Below are positions 27,212-40,723 of a stretch of 64,000 nt of DNA, piece after piece. How positions within the stretch are numbered: the stretch's first letter is position 1; every line of letters starts with the position of its first letter. A model generated the notes under the pieces. The model ran no database searches. It was not told the DNA's origin and saw only the letters and a list, made by a program, of their open reading frames with translations. Where the stretch lies: assembly GCA_028023455.1 (NCBI GenBank), contig JAQFVV010000010.1:2852001-2916000 (forward strand), given 5' to 3'. Position numbers and translations under genes: made by a program. This DNA comes from Epiperipatus broadwayi. Taxonomy: Eukaryota; Animalia; Onychophora.

Positions 27212-28781
27212 GCCTTGGATCTGAGAGCACTGCACTTCTTTTACTGGCTGACAAACAACTTGAATTTTTTTGAACATTAATCTAATAAACCAAGATCTTT
27301 ATAAGTTGCATTCAAAACATTAAAAACATTCTGTAAATAACCTTTTGAACTGACAAAAATAGCATGATCATCAGAACATTGTAAAGCCAGTATCCAAAAA
27401 GATGAACTTCTTGTTTTACTTTCAATCAATTCAAATTAAAAATTCCACCATTAAACCTATATCATATCTTGAACTCTATTTGATTTAACCACCTATAAAT
27501 AATTCCAAAAACCACTTTCATAAAAATTGAAAATAATATTGGAGCAAGTAATAACCACCTGTAATAATAACACTTCTCATTCCATCATGTAAAAGCTATA
27601 TGATATGAATAAATTTTGGTAGACAATTAACTAATTTCAAACAATGCTATAGATCTGTCCTATTAATTGAATCAAATGCCTTGATCAAGTTAATAAAAGC
27701 AATATATAAATCACTCCTTTGTTCTCATTACTTTTCTTGCATTTGCCAGGTGAAAAACACTGTCTATAGTGTTCTTTTATTCTCTAAAAGCACTTTGAGT
27801 CTTTGGTAACCATTCATCTATAACTAGAAGAAATTTATTCAACATAATTCTTGAAAATACTTTTGCTATAATGGATAATACAGCAATTTTGTATATTCTC
27901 TTTGTTTTAAACATTGGAACAATAAAGTGTTTTTTAAATATCAGATAATACAATTTCACGAGTTCAAATATTTCTAAAAAATTGCAATATTTTTGAAGCT
28001 AACATATCACCATGTATTAAAACTTCTCCAGGTATTCCATAATTCTTTATCCATATATATTTCTTTTTTATTATTATTTGTTAGTATCAAATTATGCATT
28101 TATTGATAGTCTTATTATTATGATGAAAAAATAGAATGACTAAAGAAGCAATATATATTAATAGATTCAGTCTTTTAACCGGCAGGAGACACTACATTAT
28201 CTTATGATATCCAATGGTTGAAATTTATGAGATCTTATATGAATTCTCAATCAACAAACTATTTGATTCTTTCTATTAATTAACTGTTTTATAGCTCTTT
28301 CTATTAATGACTAATCTGCACAGTTGGATTTTTTATAATGCAATATGTTTAATACTATGCAGCTATAACTTAGATCAATGTACTAACTATAATATCCTGT
28401 AATCTGCAACATCAGGAGTTTAAGGATAATAATCAAATATCAAGTTAAGTTCTCTGCCCAAAAGCAGTTTGGAGTAATTAGGCAGTAAATATTAAAATCA
28501 AATGGTAGTATTTGATTATGATTAGAAGTAGTTAGCCAATTACTTATCACTCTCCTAATATCATTTATTTATTTGATAAACTATTCTCATTCAACTTCTC
28601 ATATAGATTATAGAGCTAGAACAAATTTTCTCCATATAGTTCAATCCTCTGCCATTCTTCTATTACATTTCCTCAACAAATTATTTTAAATTTGCATTCA
28701 TATCAGCAATGTATGTTGTGTCCATTCTAGATCCCCTTTTGTAATATTTGTATATGTTCATAATATTGATGTTGTTTAAAT

Positions 28782-29750
28782 CAAGAGTTCCCAAACTTTT
28801 AAAACTGTTGACCCTCTAGTCATTTACTTTACTTACTCAAATTAATAAATTTACATAATACTCGGTATTAAATATTTCACTAGATATCAATCTTTTTATT
28901 TTAGTCATTTGTAATTAATCATTGAAAAAGATAAAAGGATTACAGAGTATGGCATTATCTTGCAACATTTAATATCGAAACCTACACTAACGAAAATTAA
29001 AGCAAAAAAATACAAGCTGTTTTTTTTAATTTTTGACATTTATGAAATAAATATTTAAATTCAAAATAAGTACAAATATTGAAATAGCTTTATTAAAGAT
29101 AAAAATGAAGTGAAAAAATCAACATATTCAGACGGAATTAAACATCATCAAAGTTACAACAACGAAAAATTTTAATCAGAATTATAAAAATAAGAATATC
29201 AAATAAATTAGCTTGGAAAACTGAATTTAATGAGATGGGTGCATCTGGTGATCTCTCGATAATTTATCTACGTCTGGTTTTAAATTAGTGAATTGCCTTC
29301 TCAAATCTCTACATGCAGTGATACGCAATCGATGTCTGTTCTGAATTAGGTTTAAAACTATACTGAAGCGTCTTTCTATTGGATACAATGATGGAAATGC
29401 CAGCAAATACTTTTGTACAACAGTCCATAGAACCAGAAACAGAATATCTTGTTGCAGCCAAAGCTTTTGATAACCCTGTTTGAATTGTACCTAGAGATCC
29501 TCATTCCTATTGATGGTTATCAACTCATCTTGCAAAATTATGTTTAGTTCTGCACTAGTAGTGTATGGGTTTATTATCCAGTCCAGTATTTCCAATGATA
29601 GAATATCTTCGAATCTAGTTTTGAAATCTAAGTGAAAAAGCTCCAAGTGGTTGACATACAGCAAGAAGAAAGCTTCTTGGATTATGCTTATCTTAAATAA
29701 GTTGAGGAACTGGGAAAACTCAGATCTTGCAATATTTTGCTTAAAAAACA
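28782..29750 (-). mobile_element. hAT (Charlie/ZBED8-like) transposon 3' end: transposase C-terminus plus terminal inverted repeat
   Basis: Minus-strand HLELFHLDFKTRFEDILSLEILDWIINPY...LAFPSLYPIERRFS...KPDVDKLSRDHQMHPSH*; TIR-like caagagttcccaaactttt at 28782. Confidence 0.8.
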
Positions 29751-32362
29751 TTAGTATGCAAACAAAAGCTGATATGAATTTGTATATATATGCAATTACT
29801 AACAAATATATTTTTATATACAATAAAAAATCATTTTCAAAGTATTTATTACTAGAATATTTTGTTTTAATAGATTATGTTGTTGGACTTAAATATTTCT
29901 TCCCGGTTTACTTTTCAATTATTTTGGAATGCCTACAATAAATGTTTTAGTATGTATTATCTTTTACTTAATTTACAATTATAAGGCTAATCGTTTCAGC
30001 TTACAATCCATTATATGATGCTTATTTTGTTTACCCAATATGATTTCATCGTTTTCTACACTTTTAGGTGAGGATTCAGTTATTACAGCATAGAATCATG
30101 TATAGGTATTTTCTATTTCACACTCAACACTTTTGACTAGGCTATTCTGGCTACATATTTACTTCTTTCCAGAATCACACTTTAGTTAAGGAAGGGCTCA
30201 TAGTCCAAATAATGGTTTTGATAAGAAATCTGGCCTGAAGATGAAACATTTATAGATATTTTTGTTCATAGCTGTTATAAAAATATAATGAAAATTAGTG
30301 CTTCCCAATATTTGACTAGTATTTTCTATGATTAGACAAGTATTTGCTTTTAATATAGCAGTGCAGAGGATTATAATTAGACAAATCTTTAAGATTAATA
30401 ATTACGCCAGTATTTCAGTACATTTATATCATCCCCTTTTATTTTATATCCCAGTAAGTTTACCTATGCCTATAAATCAATAGCTTTTCTAAATGGTCAT
30501 ATATTGCAAGATGTTTTTTGATTCTGATTTTAATCAAATTAAGTTACATATTGTTAAGTTTTTTTTGATGAAATTTTTGGATTCAATTACTTTTGTTTTT
30601 AATTTTATAGAAGTTGCTTTAATAGTAGATCTATATATTGTACCGCCAATGAATATATGAGTTAAAAACACATACATTCACGTTACATATTTTTTCATTT
30701 AAAATAAATTAGGTTTTAATAAAAATGAAAGTAGAAAAATATAATGTTTTAAAATAGATTTTAAAACGCAAACTTGTAAAAATGAAAATATTGTGTCACC
30801 TTTTCTTTTAAAAATAAAAAAAATTGGTTTTAGTATTAAAGAGCGAGGGGAGGGATAATTCTAAGTAACAGTTGAAACTATCTCTCATTTTTATAAATTT
30901 AGACAAAAAAGAAAATAATAACAAATAAATATGAAAATGAAATTAAACTAAAAATATAATTTTTAAATGGAAAACTTTTATAATTTGCAATTCATTAAAG
31001 ATTACTTGGCTGATAAAAGAAAAGATAACTCCCATTTGAAATAATTAAAGAAACAAAGGAAAAGACCATGTACACTACCTTATCGAAGTATTAGATTAAT
31101 CTGAGTAAGAGATTAAATTAAAATGGAATGCAAAAACTAATTAAGGAAATATAAAATTACTTAAACTAGATTGAAGGATGATAAATAGAAACAATGAGAA
31201 AAAAACATATAAAAGGACCGAGAGATGAGTATTATTATCATTATTATTGCTAATCATATTGTTTCAGACGCAGCAAAATTATCATTCAACACTACTATCT
31301 TATAAAAATTTTAAACAAGAAAAGAGATGAAAAGCCATCAACATTTCCAGCATGCGTGTGCATCTGCCTATCTTCATTGAAGGCTGACCTAACAGCATGC
31401 AGTGCTAAACAAAAACCAAAAGTGTGCGGCTAGCCTTTGATCTCAGTCCTCAATACCAACAGATGTTCTTCACCTGGAACTCATGCCTGCCTCATCATAT
31501 GTGAGCTACCAATAATATCGCTTTCTCTCTCTCATTGCAAACTGGAAAATAAGAAGCCAAAACGATTGATGGAAAGAAAAGGTCAACCAGTTGGTATTCG
31601 ACAAATAAGGAAACAAGCAAGGAACTGTATCCATGAAAGTGTTATATGCTATCTAAAATCCTAGGTAAATATAATTCTTATTCGCCCATTCTAAAGATTT
31701 GCTCATAAAAATAAATGAAAGAACTTTAATGAACTCTAATAGTTACCACCAATGTAATCTTTAATATTGCATCCGTAAATTCTTATTATATTGTATAAGA
31801 AATAGGTATGTGTGTATATGTAATTTTTTATTCTATCATCTTATAATTATGCGTGTGTGTAAAATAAATATTTGTTTGCTTAGTTGTTGTTCAATCGATT
31901 CTCTCTCTTATAACTGCGTCATTAGTAAATTAATTTGTAAATAGCTATACGTGTTGGGAAAGTGTGCCAAAGATTTCCTCTCACAATTGAGAAAAAGAAA
32001 TAGCTTGGGATATATCAAGCGCTAGATTGTGAACCTGTCATCTGGAGGGATGCTTAGTATATAACTTGTGGTTAGCTGGCACTTGAGGTTAATCCTCAAA
32101 ACAAATAAAGTGCTTTGGATGGCAGGGGTTTGAATCAGTGTAATTATAGGTTATATTTTATATATCCTTGGTCTGATTATAGGTACCATTGATGTTTCAT
32201 CTACGTGTGGTATTATACTTCTCTGCTTGAAATGCCAGTCTGTTGCAGTAATGAAAGTGCAACCTGAGTTAAAATTTGAGATTTTAAACTATATTCCTCT
32301 GACTCTGTTCAATATATATATAATGTGTGCATTAGTGATCTATATTATGTAAATTGTTTAAG

Positions 32363-32523
32363 GAAACCAATCTTTCAGCATGCGCTATTGTTATTAATTT
32401 GCTTGCACTCTCCTGTCAATAGGCTTTAAGCATATGTGATTCACCTATGCTTTTAAAACACTTATTGATGGGTGACTGCAAGCAAATTAATACCAATAGC
32501 ACATGTTTGAAAGATTGGGTTTC
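32363..32523. mobile_element. ~160-bp palindromic MITE-like element
   Basis: 32363-32412 is the near reverse complement of 32470-32523, and the spacer is itself partly palindromic. Confidence 0.7.
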
Positions 32524-33431
32524 TCTCATGATTTACATATATATATTAATTCTAATATTCTCACAGATAAATGATGAATTTATAATATTATTTCCAGGAG
32601 TTTCCATGTAATAAAAATATAATAGCTAAATAGCTGACGTTTCAGTATAGTAACAAATACTTACACAGATGCTCCCGAAAATAATACTATGAATTCATAT
32701 ATATATATATGTATGTATGTATATGCATTTATAATTGAATATTTTGTATAGTTTTACATCATTAGACTATATTAAATTCGCATGACCAATTGCACAGTTT
32801 ACTTTTAAGAAATTAATTCCAGTCATGATTTGCTATTTTTAAAATCCTTTTACATGCTTATAATTATATTTTTGGCAATTATACCATTAATAAAATAAAT
32901 TATATACTATATAATACTGCTTTGTCTATACACAAAAAATGACATTCTTTTTTATTTTATTTAGCTTATTAAAAAAAAAAAAAGCTTATTCAGCATTCTT
33001 TATGGGCACACATTGCAAAATTATATAATAACAAATTTTTAATACATGAATATATTAAAATGTATTCTAAATCCAGTCACAAATAATTCCAATAATCATA
33101 TACTCCATCTCCTCTTTGATTGAACTTAAGATGTTGAAATACTCTGACTTATAAATATTAATGCAAAAACATAAGCCACATAACTATTTATCACTAGATG
33201 TTTGTTCTTAACATAAATTTATAAAGAACCCATACTCATTATATACATTAATTTCACTTAATAATATTTTAATTAGTATGAGCTTGAATATAGCAATTGT
33301 GGATTTTACAATAGCATTAGCAATATTAAATTTATTTTCTACTAACTATTCTTTTAAAAATATAAAGTATCAAAAGTTAAATTATTCAATAAAATTAAAT
33401 AAATTACACTAAATTCAGGATTACAAAACTA

Positions 33432-33663
33432 AAACAGGAAAAACTCTTAATACAGTAGTGCCATCCAGTGCCAACCAGAGTAATCAATGGATACCAGAAG
33501 GCTTGTGCGTAAAATCCCCATCTAGTGCCTACTCATCCAATATCCCCAGACTAGTTTCTGGCTTGTGGCCTTCGTCAGTGAGGAACCTTGGATCTGAGAG
33601 CACTGCACCTAGATCTTAGGATAACAGTTATTATGTGCTAGCATAAGAAATGGTGATCATGTT
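33432..33663 (-). mobile_element. HHR element family 1, copy E (partial, with inverted tail)
   Basis: Family-1 sequence; TSD gattacaaaacta at 33419-33431 and 33664-33676. Confidence 0.9.
33543..33584 (-). ncRNA. Minimal type I hammerhead ribozyme motif (family 1, CUGACGA variant)
   Basis: Minus strand: UCCUCA-CUGACGA-A-GGC(CACAA)GCC-A-GAAAC-UA-GUC-UGGGGA; the change is at the tolerant core position 7. Confidence 0.8.
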
Positions 33664-35529
33664 GATTACAAAACTAGTTAAAATTTAAAACTATAATTTC
33701 AGAATGAATTGGTTTCACTGACTAGGAAGATTTTTCATGTGCAAAAAAAATACAAACATGACACAGATATATATTAAATAAATTTCCCATAATTTTTAAT
33801 TACATTCCAATTATCTTTAATATCAAAAGAACTCTTAAATAAGTTAGCATTCTTTAATTTATTTCATTCTTTTCAAAGAAAACATTTTTGGTCTGCTCAA
33901 ACATAACATGACCTGTATTTCTTTCATGGATGTATAATGCGGAAAAATATAAAAATACAAAACTAGGATATATTTTTTATTCTACTTTTATGAGCATTTC
34001 ATAAAAGAAAAAAGAAAAATCTTAATTCTGTATTATGTAGTCCATGAAAGAAGTAAAGGCCATACTATTATATTTGAGGAGGCTAAGGTTGTTAACTTTG
34101 AAAGGAATGAGATAAATTAAAGATAATTGGAAGGTAATTAAGAATAACAGGAAATAGTCTTTTAATTTGGAATTTGATGTAATTTGTTTAACTATTCTCT
34201 TATGAAAATTATTTAGACTACATTTATTTTTAACCCATTTTTGTCCCAGAATATCATATTGATTTTCTTAATTCATTTTATCAATTACTTTCCCTAAATT
34301 ATTTTATTCTGTATCTTTTCTACTTTATAGACCATTTTTGTAATAATATTTATATACAGTAGAATTTCAATATCTATTATATTTTGTTCCAAACATCTCT
34401 AGCATATATTATATATAGTGATATTAACTTAAGTTTTGTTTATAATTACTGCATTCATGGAGAATCTCTATCCAGTCATGATAGCATAACATTAATAATG
34501 AAATAAACAGACACTTTTATATTTCAGTGAACATATTCTTAAGCTGAATTAACAGTAATAATATATATATAATGAAAATTATAATATAATAATAACTACC
34601 CCCCCCCCATAATATTTTGGGACTGTAATAAATAGAATAAGTCTATTATATTTCTTCATTCATGACTACTTCTCAGAGTTCATTAATACTTGTACTTTGT
34701 TACAATTATCACTAATGCATTTAAACATAACTTCATTAAGTCTATTTAAGCAATATTTTCTACGTACACTTTTCTCCTCTTTGCAAGAAAAGGCATTAAC
34801 TGTCAGTACTACTCTGTTTCTCTTGACTGCCACTGTTGCACATACTCTCATATTGTTTGGGAGAAGGTTCTTTTATAATTTATTTTCATAACAAATATTC
34901 ATATTTTTATACACTTTTCTAGAGTGAATTACTTCTGGGAGCAAACTATTTCAAGTGCTGATACTAATTGCCCATTCAAAATAATATGTTATTTACAATA
35001 TATATAATAATATCAATACTAGTCAGTGCAATAATATAATATGTATTCTTTACTATACTACCCTATAGGTGCACAATACTGCAACACCCTCACATTTTTA
35101 TATATATAACACAGAAGCTTTTTTGCACATATAGTTTACATATGTAAATTAGAATTATAGTATAAACAAATTGTAGTTATTAATAATAAATTGAGAAAGC
35201 ACATTTGCAATCTTTGTGTGCTCACTTATTCACATTTATACACAAATAATAATAATAATAAAAACTTAATATACTATGTATTTATTTTTTTAAACAAAAT
35301 GCACAATTTAAATATCAGATTTTTTACATAGACTTGAAGTTTTGTGATACAGTATATCTACAGAAGTGTTTTATCTGTTCACTTCTTCAATCCATAAATT
35401 TAGTGTGTTACAAAAAAAAAATATTTTATCATAGTTATAACTTTAGCTATTTTAGGAGTGCAAATAATCATGGCATAAATATTTTTTTCTCTCTTTATTA
35501 TTTCTCTAACAGATAATTCTTTTTTTAAA

Positions 35530-38500
35530 AAAAAAACATATGGCACACTTTGAAACATGATTTTTTCTTTCACTACAAATTGATAAGTTTATTACTTAAG
35601 AAAAATCATCATCATTGTCAAACGTTATCAATCCACTGCAGGATGGTCTCCAAGTTCAATCCATCTTCTCCACTAGCTAGCCTCTCTTCTCCATATCATC
35701 ACTGCACACTTCCTTATTTCATCAATCCATCTCACATGTGGTCTCTTTCTGGATCTTTTACAATTTTTTGGAATCCACTTTAACATTTCAAATATCCATC
35801 TATTATCTCTTCTAGCAATATATCCAGTTTAACTTCACTTCAGTCTTTTAATTTTTTCAACTATGTAAGTAATATCTGTTTGTTCTCTTACTCATATATT
35901 GCATTTTTGATCTCTTCTTGTTACTCCTAACATGCAACTCTTCATACTTCTTTGAGTGATCTGAAGTCTCTGTAATGTTCTTCTATTAAGTGTTCAAGTC
36001 TCAGATATATAAGTAAGAACTGGTAAAGCACATTTATTAAAAACCTTTTCAAATGCATAGGCACATTTCCTTTAATATTAAATTATTTCTACCTAAAGCA
36101 CTCTCAATAAGTTTAATTCTATGATTAATTTCATCCATTAGGTTACCATTAGTAATAATAAACTGACCAAGGTATTTGTAGTTGTTAACTTCTTCTAACT
36201 CATCATAATCAATCTTTATTTTCATCTTTTGAGAAAATCCATTTAACATTACTTTAGTCTTTTTAATATTTACCTTTAGTTCTACTTTCTTACTTTCATC
36301 TGATAATTCTTGCAACATTTCCTGAGGATCTAAAGCATTATTTGCAAAAACAATTACATCATCTGCAAAATCTAAATTACTTAAATAATTTATTTTTACT
36401 CATTTAGCTTCCCATTTTAATCCACAAAATACTTCTTCCAGCCCTACTATAAAAAGTTTCGGAGATATGGAGTCACCCTGTCTTGCATCCTTCTCAATGT
36501 TAATCTTTCTAGTATCATTATGTATTCTAATTGTCGCTGTTGCAATTTTATAAATATTCTTCAGAATATGACAATATCCTGGGTCTATATCTTAATGATC
36601 AAGGTTTTAATCACTGAAGAAATGCTTACAGAATCAAACACCTTTTCATAATCTACAAATACAAAGCATAATGGCAACCCATATTCATTTGTCCTTTCTA
36701 TAACTTCTCTCAATACTTGAATATAATCGACTGTATTAAAACTACTTTTAAATCCAGGCTGTTCTTTTGGTTGGTTGAAATCCAATGTTCGTGATAAATT
36801 TTTTATATAAAACTGATAAAAGACTGATAGATTTGTAATTTCTAATATCTTTATCATGATAGATCTATAATTTCTAATATCTTTATCATCTTTTCTATAT
36901 AACTCTATCAAAAAAATTTCTATTTCTTCACCCGCTTTTTTTAATATATCAATTAATTATAATTCCTTCACTACCTGGGTTTTTCTTCTTCTTCATAAAT
37001 TTAATTGCATGTCTCACTTCTTCATTTAAAATCCTGGGCAATTCAGAAAATATAACAGATGTAGGAGATACTTGTTCTTTATTACTACATAATTTTGATA
37101 GACCTCTTCCACCCATTTCACAATATCATCTCTCTTTTTAGAAATAGTTCCATCTTTTTTTTTATTACAGATATAATGTTTACTACCATTACCAAAATAT
37201 TGTTTTACACTCTTGAGACTTTTATGCTCTTCTACAGCTTTCCTTACTAGTTCACAATTATACGTTCTTATATCATTATCAACTCTGTTTCGCATCATTT
37301 TACTAAATTCGAGATATTCAATCCTTTTTAATGCATCGTTTTTTTATATCTTCATATTCCTTCATTTCTTCATAAATTCTCTAGTCTCGGTAGAAATTTT
37401 ATTGGTCAATTGCTGCTTTTTTTGCCAGCTACCTTAGTTTCAATTTTTAAAATTGTATCAGTTATTTTCCTATTTATTTCATTCAAATCTAAATCATGTT
37501 CAAAATCTGCCAATATTTGAAAATGATTTGCAAGTCTAACTTAAATACATTAGAATGTTTCTGAAGATTAGGAATATCAACTGTAAATATTGGTTTTTCT
37601 TAATAATTTTTGTCTCTTTAGTTTTGCATTAACATGTATTTTACACTTTACAATCTTGAAATATAAACAAGACATTTATTTTTTTAATATAGCGCGATAT
37701 TTTTGTTTATAATCTATAATATTAATAAGCCAATTAGCTGATATACATGTGCTTTGCAGATGTCACTATATAAATGAATACTCCCACTTTTTCAAACCCA
37801 AGATAAAGTCTTTAAGAAAATATAGAATGAATCCACCTATATTTTCAACCCAACCGTATATGTATGGGCAAATCTGAAGTTTTTGAAATAAAGAGCATGA
37901 AGTTATTAATTGATCACTTTAAATTACTTTTCTACATCATAAATGAATGATGCCAATGAAATTTTTAGAATTTACGATACGTCATTCTCATAATTAAACA
38001 TATGTAAACAAGACATTTATTTTTTTAATATAGCTCGATGTTTTTGTTTATAATCTATAATATTAATAAGCCAATTAGCTGATACACATGCGCTTTGCAG
38101 ATGTCACTATATAAATGAATACTCCCACTTTTTCAAACCCAAGATAAAGTCTTTAAGAAAATATAGAATGAATCCACCTATATTTTCGACCACGCTCTTT
38201 ATTTCAAACACTTCAGATTTGCCCATACATATACAGTTGGGTCAAAAATATAGGTGGATTCATTCTATATTTTCTTAAAGACTTTATCTTGGGTTTGAAA
38301 AAGTGGGAGTATTCATTTATATAGTGACATCTGCAAAGCGCATGTGTATCCAATTGGCTTATTAATATTATAGATTATAAACAAAAACATCGCGCTATAT
38401 TAAAAAAATAAATGTCATGTTTACATATGTTTAATTACGAGAATGACATATCGTAAATTCTAGAAATTTCATTGGCGTCATTCATTTACGATGTAGAAAA

Positions 38501-39270
38501 GTAATCTTGAAATATGTATTTTCTGTTAGTCAAAATATAATCGAATTCTCCTGTACCCTTCATTTGGATGCTTCCATATCCATTTTCTTTTAACATTTTT
38601 CTCAAAAAGATAATTTATCATATAGATTTCTTTTTCTGCAAACTCCACAAGTCTATATCATCTCTCATTTCTGTTAACATACAAATTTACCTACATCACT
38701 TTCATCTTTTATTTGTTTACCAATTCTAGCATTAAAGCCTCCCACAACAATTTGAAAATGTTGTTTTGTCTGATCAAAGGCCTTTTGTACATCCATATAA
38801 AAATCTTCTACTACTTCATCACTATGAGAACTTGTTGGAGCATAAACCTGAATCATCTGCATTTGGTATCTGCTATTAAGTTGTAGAACTAATGCCACTC
38901 TGTTCGATACACCATCAATCTCTACAATATTGTTCTTCCACTTTTTACTTATAATGAATCTTACTCCACTTGTACTTCCAATATTTGTGCCTTTGTAGCA
39001 GAGTCCTTGTTCACTTTTTAAATCAATTGTCTCTTCACTTTCTAATTTCACAAAGTCCAATAATCCTTCTTCCAGTTTTTGCAATTCCTTCACTTGAAAG
39101 TGATCTGCAGTTGTAAGTACTTAAATTAAAAGTTGTCATCATATGGTAGCCTGAGTCTGCAGTCAGGGGATTCTTAGTATTCTCCACTTTCAACCACCAA
39201 TTGCTGCCTTGGCTGGTGACATTATAGCCTCCTGGGTATAAGAGCCATCGTTTATTTTTATCTGTCATGA
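35530..39270 (-). mobile_element. Near-full-length degenerate RTE-clade LINE (APE endonuclease + RT)
   Basis: APE motifs STYNCRSL, QVYAPTSSHSDEVVEDFY and FDYILTNRK; RT motifs QPKEQPGFK, FVDYEKVFDSV, RQGDSISPKLF and DFADDV; interrupted at 37665-38502. Confidence 0.92.
37665..38502. mobile_element. 341-bp-unit insertion (tandem plus inverted, circularly permuted) inside the RTE LINE
   Basis: Unit starts at 37665 and again at 38006; an inverted copy from ~38191 wraps across the unit junction; TSD aatcttgaaatat at 37652-37664 and 38503-38515; the LINE frame (TNRKYIFQDCKV) rejoins when it is removed. Confidence 0.88.
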
Positions 39271-40723
39271 TTGTATATATCTATTAGCAAAAAATGTTCA
39301 TTCACACACCTATTCATTCAGCCTTATCAGGCAACTGAGAGCTTGATCTTAAACTCAGAGGTAAAAATCCGATAAAGTCACCACACTGGCTAATGTGTGT
39401 TGATCACAGTCCATCCTTGTTCATATACTATATGAATAATCACATAATAATATTAACTTCAATGCCGAGAATGTATGGAGTGGACATTAGGAATTTGCTT
39501 TGCTTGGTTTCTTTAAGGCTTCCAAGAGGAATCAAAGCTCCTTTCAGTTAACAGCAAACTACACTTTAAAAATGTTTTATTCAACAAATATATCAAATTT
39601 TTTTGAAGAAAAAAAGTGAGGGATAAAATTGTTGTGCTTTTAATTTATTTAGCATAAAGAAAACATAGTTAAAAAATGAAATCATAATAGAATTAGTTAA
39701 TATGCTCCAAGACAAAAAAAATGTTTGCTATCATGCCATTTTTGATATTGTCTCGTAAAACTGAGTAAATTTATGGATTTTAATGGATTTATTTTTTTCT
39801 ATTTACTTTTTTTTTTGGATTTCTTATATTTATTAATACAGCAAATATAATAATTTCACTGTTTGCATGTGTGTATGTATGTATATAATTATACCAAGGT
39901 TTTCATTTAAATTTTAAATAGATTAATAGTTAGCAATTATATTTTCAAAAATATAAAATCTAAACTAATAGTGAATATAATTATATATCAACTTATATAG
40001 TTTTTGCTAAATTTTTAATTTATTTATATTTAATAATGTAGAAGATTTTCATAGATTTTAAGATGTAAAAATTAGAAATTAACAGGATTTTTTTTTTTTT
40101 GTACTTTTTAAAATAAATTTCAGATATAATGAAATCAGACAAACAATCAATTGAAAACTAGCATGCAAACTGAAGTCATACCATCCAATAATATTTTTCT
40201 GAATCGCTTTTAAACCAAAAATAGAATTATTTTTAGTTTATAATTCTAGATGGTTTTAGGATTATAGGTTAGGCTTAAATGCTTGATATGTGTAAAAACT
40301 GAAAATATGACAATTTTTTAAATATATTCTTTAGTTTATCTGGAAAAATAAGTTTAAATGAATAATTATCAATATATGTATTATTTTTTTAATACCCTAA
40401 TTTTGAAGGCTAGCCTTTGATTTATGTTGTATGAGTATTTATATTTATTTTTTTAATTAGAAGATTTTCAGAAACTTTACAATGTAACCATTGGCAGTTA
40501 TTACTTTTCTAAATAAATTTCAGCTTGATGTAATCAAATAAACTACCAATTAAAAACTGCCATTGCAAATTAAAATCATGCCATCTAGTAATATTATTTG
40601 TTTGAGTCACTTTAAAATGAAAATGGAAAGCTATCAGTTTATTGCTGAAAGTTTTATAAAGGTTATATGGTTATATGTCAAAATTAAATATCTATGATCT
40701 TTAAGTCCATGAAAATCTAAATG

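Larger units (their letters stand above)
26599..27234 (-). mobile_element. HHR element family 1, copy D (~1.4 tandem monomers, two ribozymes)
   Basis: Head-to-tail repeat with ribozymes 455 bp apart; TSD cttcttttactgg at 26586-26598 and 27235-27247. Confidence 0.92.
25650..28780 (-). mobile_element. Degenerate RTE-clade LINE (RT region), interrupted by HHR copy D
   Basis: Minus-strand WLPKTQSAFRE, IYIAFINLIKAFDSI and LDGYQLENVNKFKYL; nucleotide similarity to 43470-43600. Confidence 0.75.

Noticed and set aside
30068-30105. Possible small exon (cttttag|GTGAGG...TATAG|gtatt)
   Set aside because: It is not phase-compatible with the phase-1 donor at 25421, and the peptide is not recognised.
30235-30247. 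CTGAAGATGAAAC hammerhead-like core
   Set aside because: There is no stem II between CUGAAGA and GAAA and no convincing stem I or III; at best a deleted relic.
34666-34891. Overlapping short ORFs, possible hAT dimerisation-domain remnant
   Set aside because: Motif similarity is too weak to support a call.
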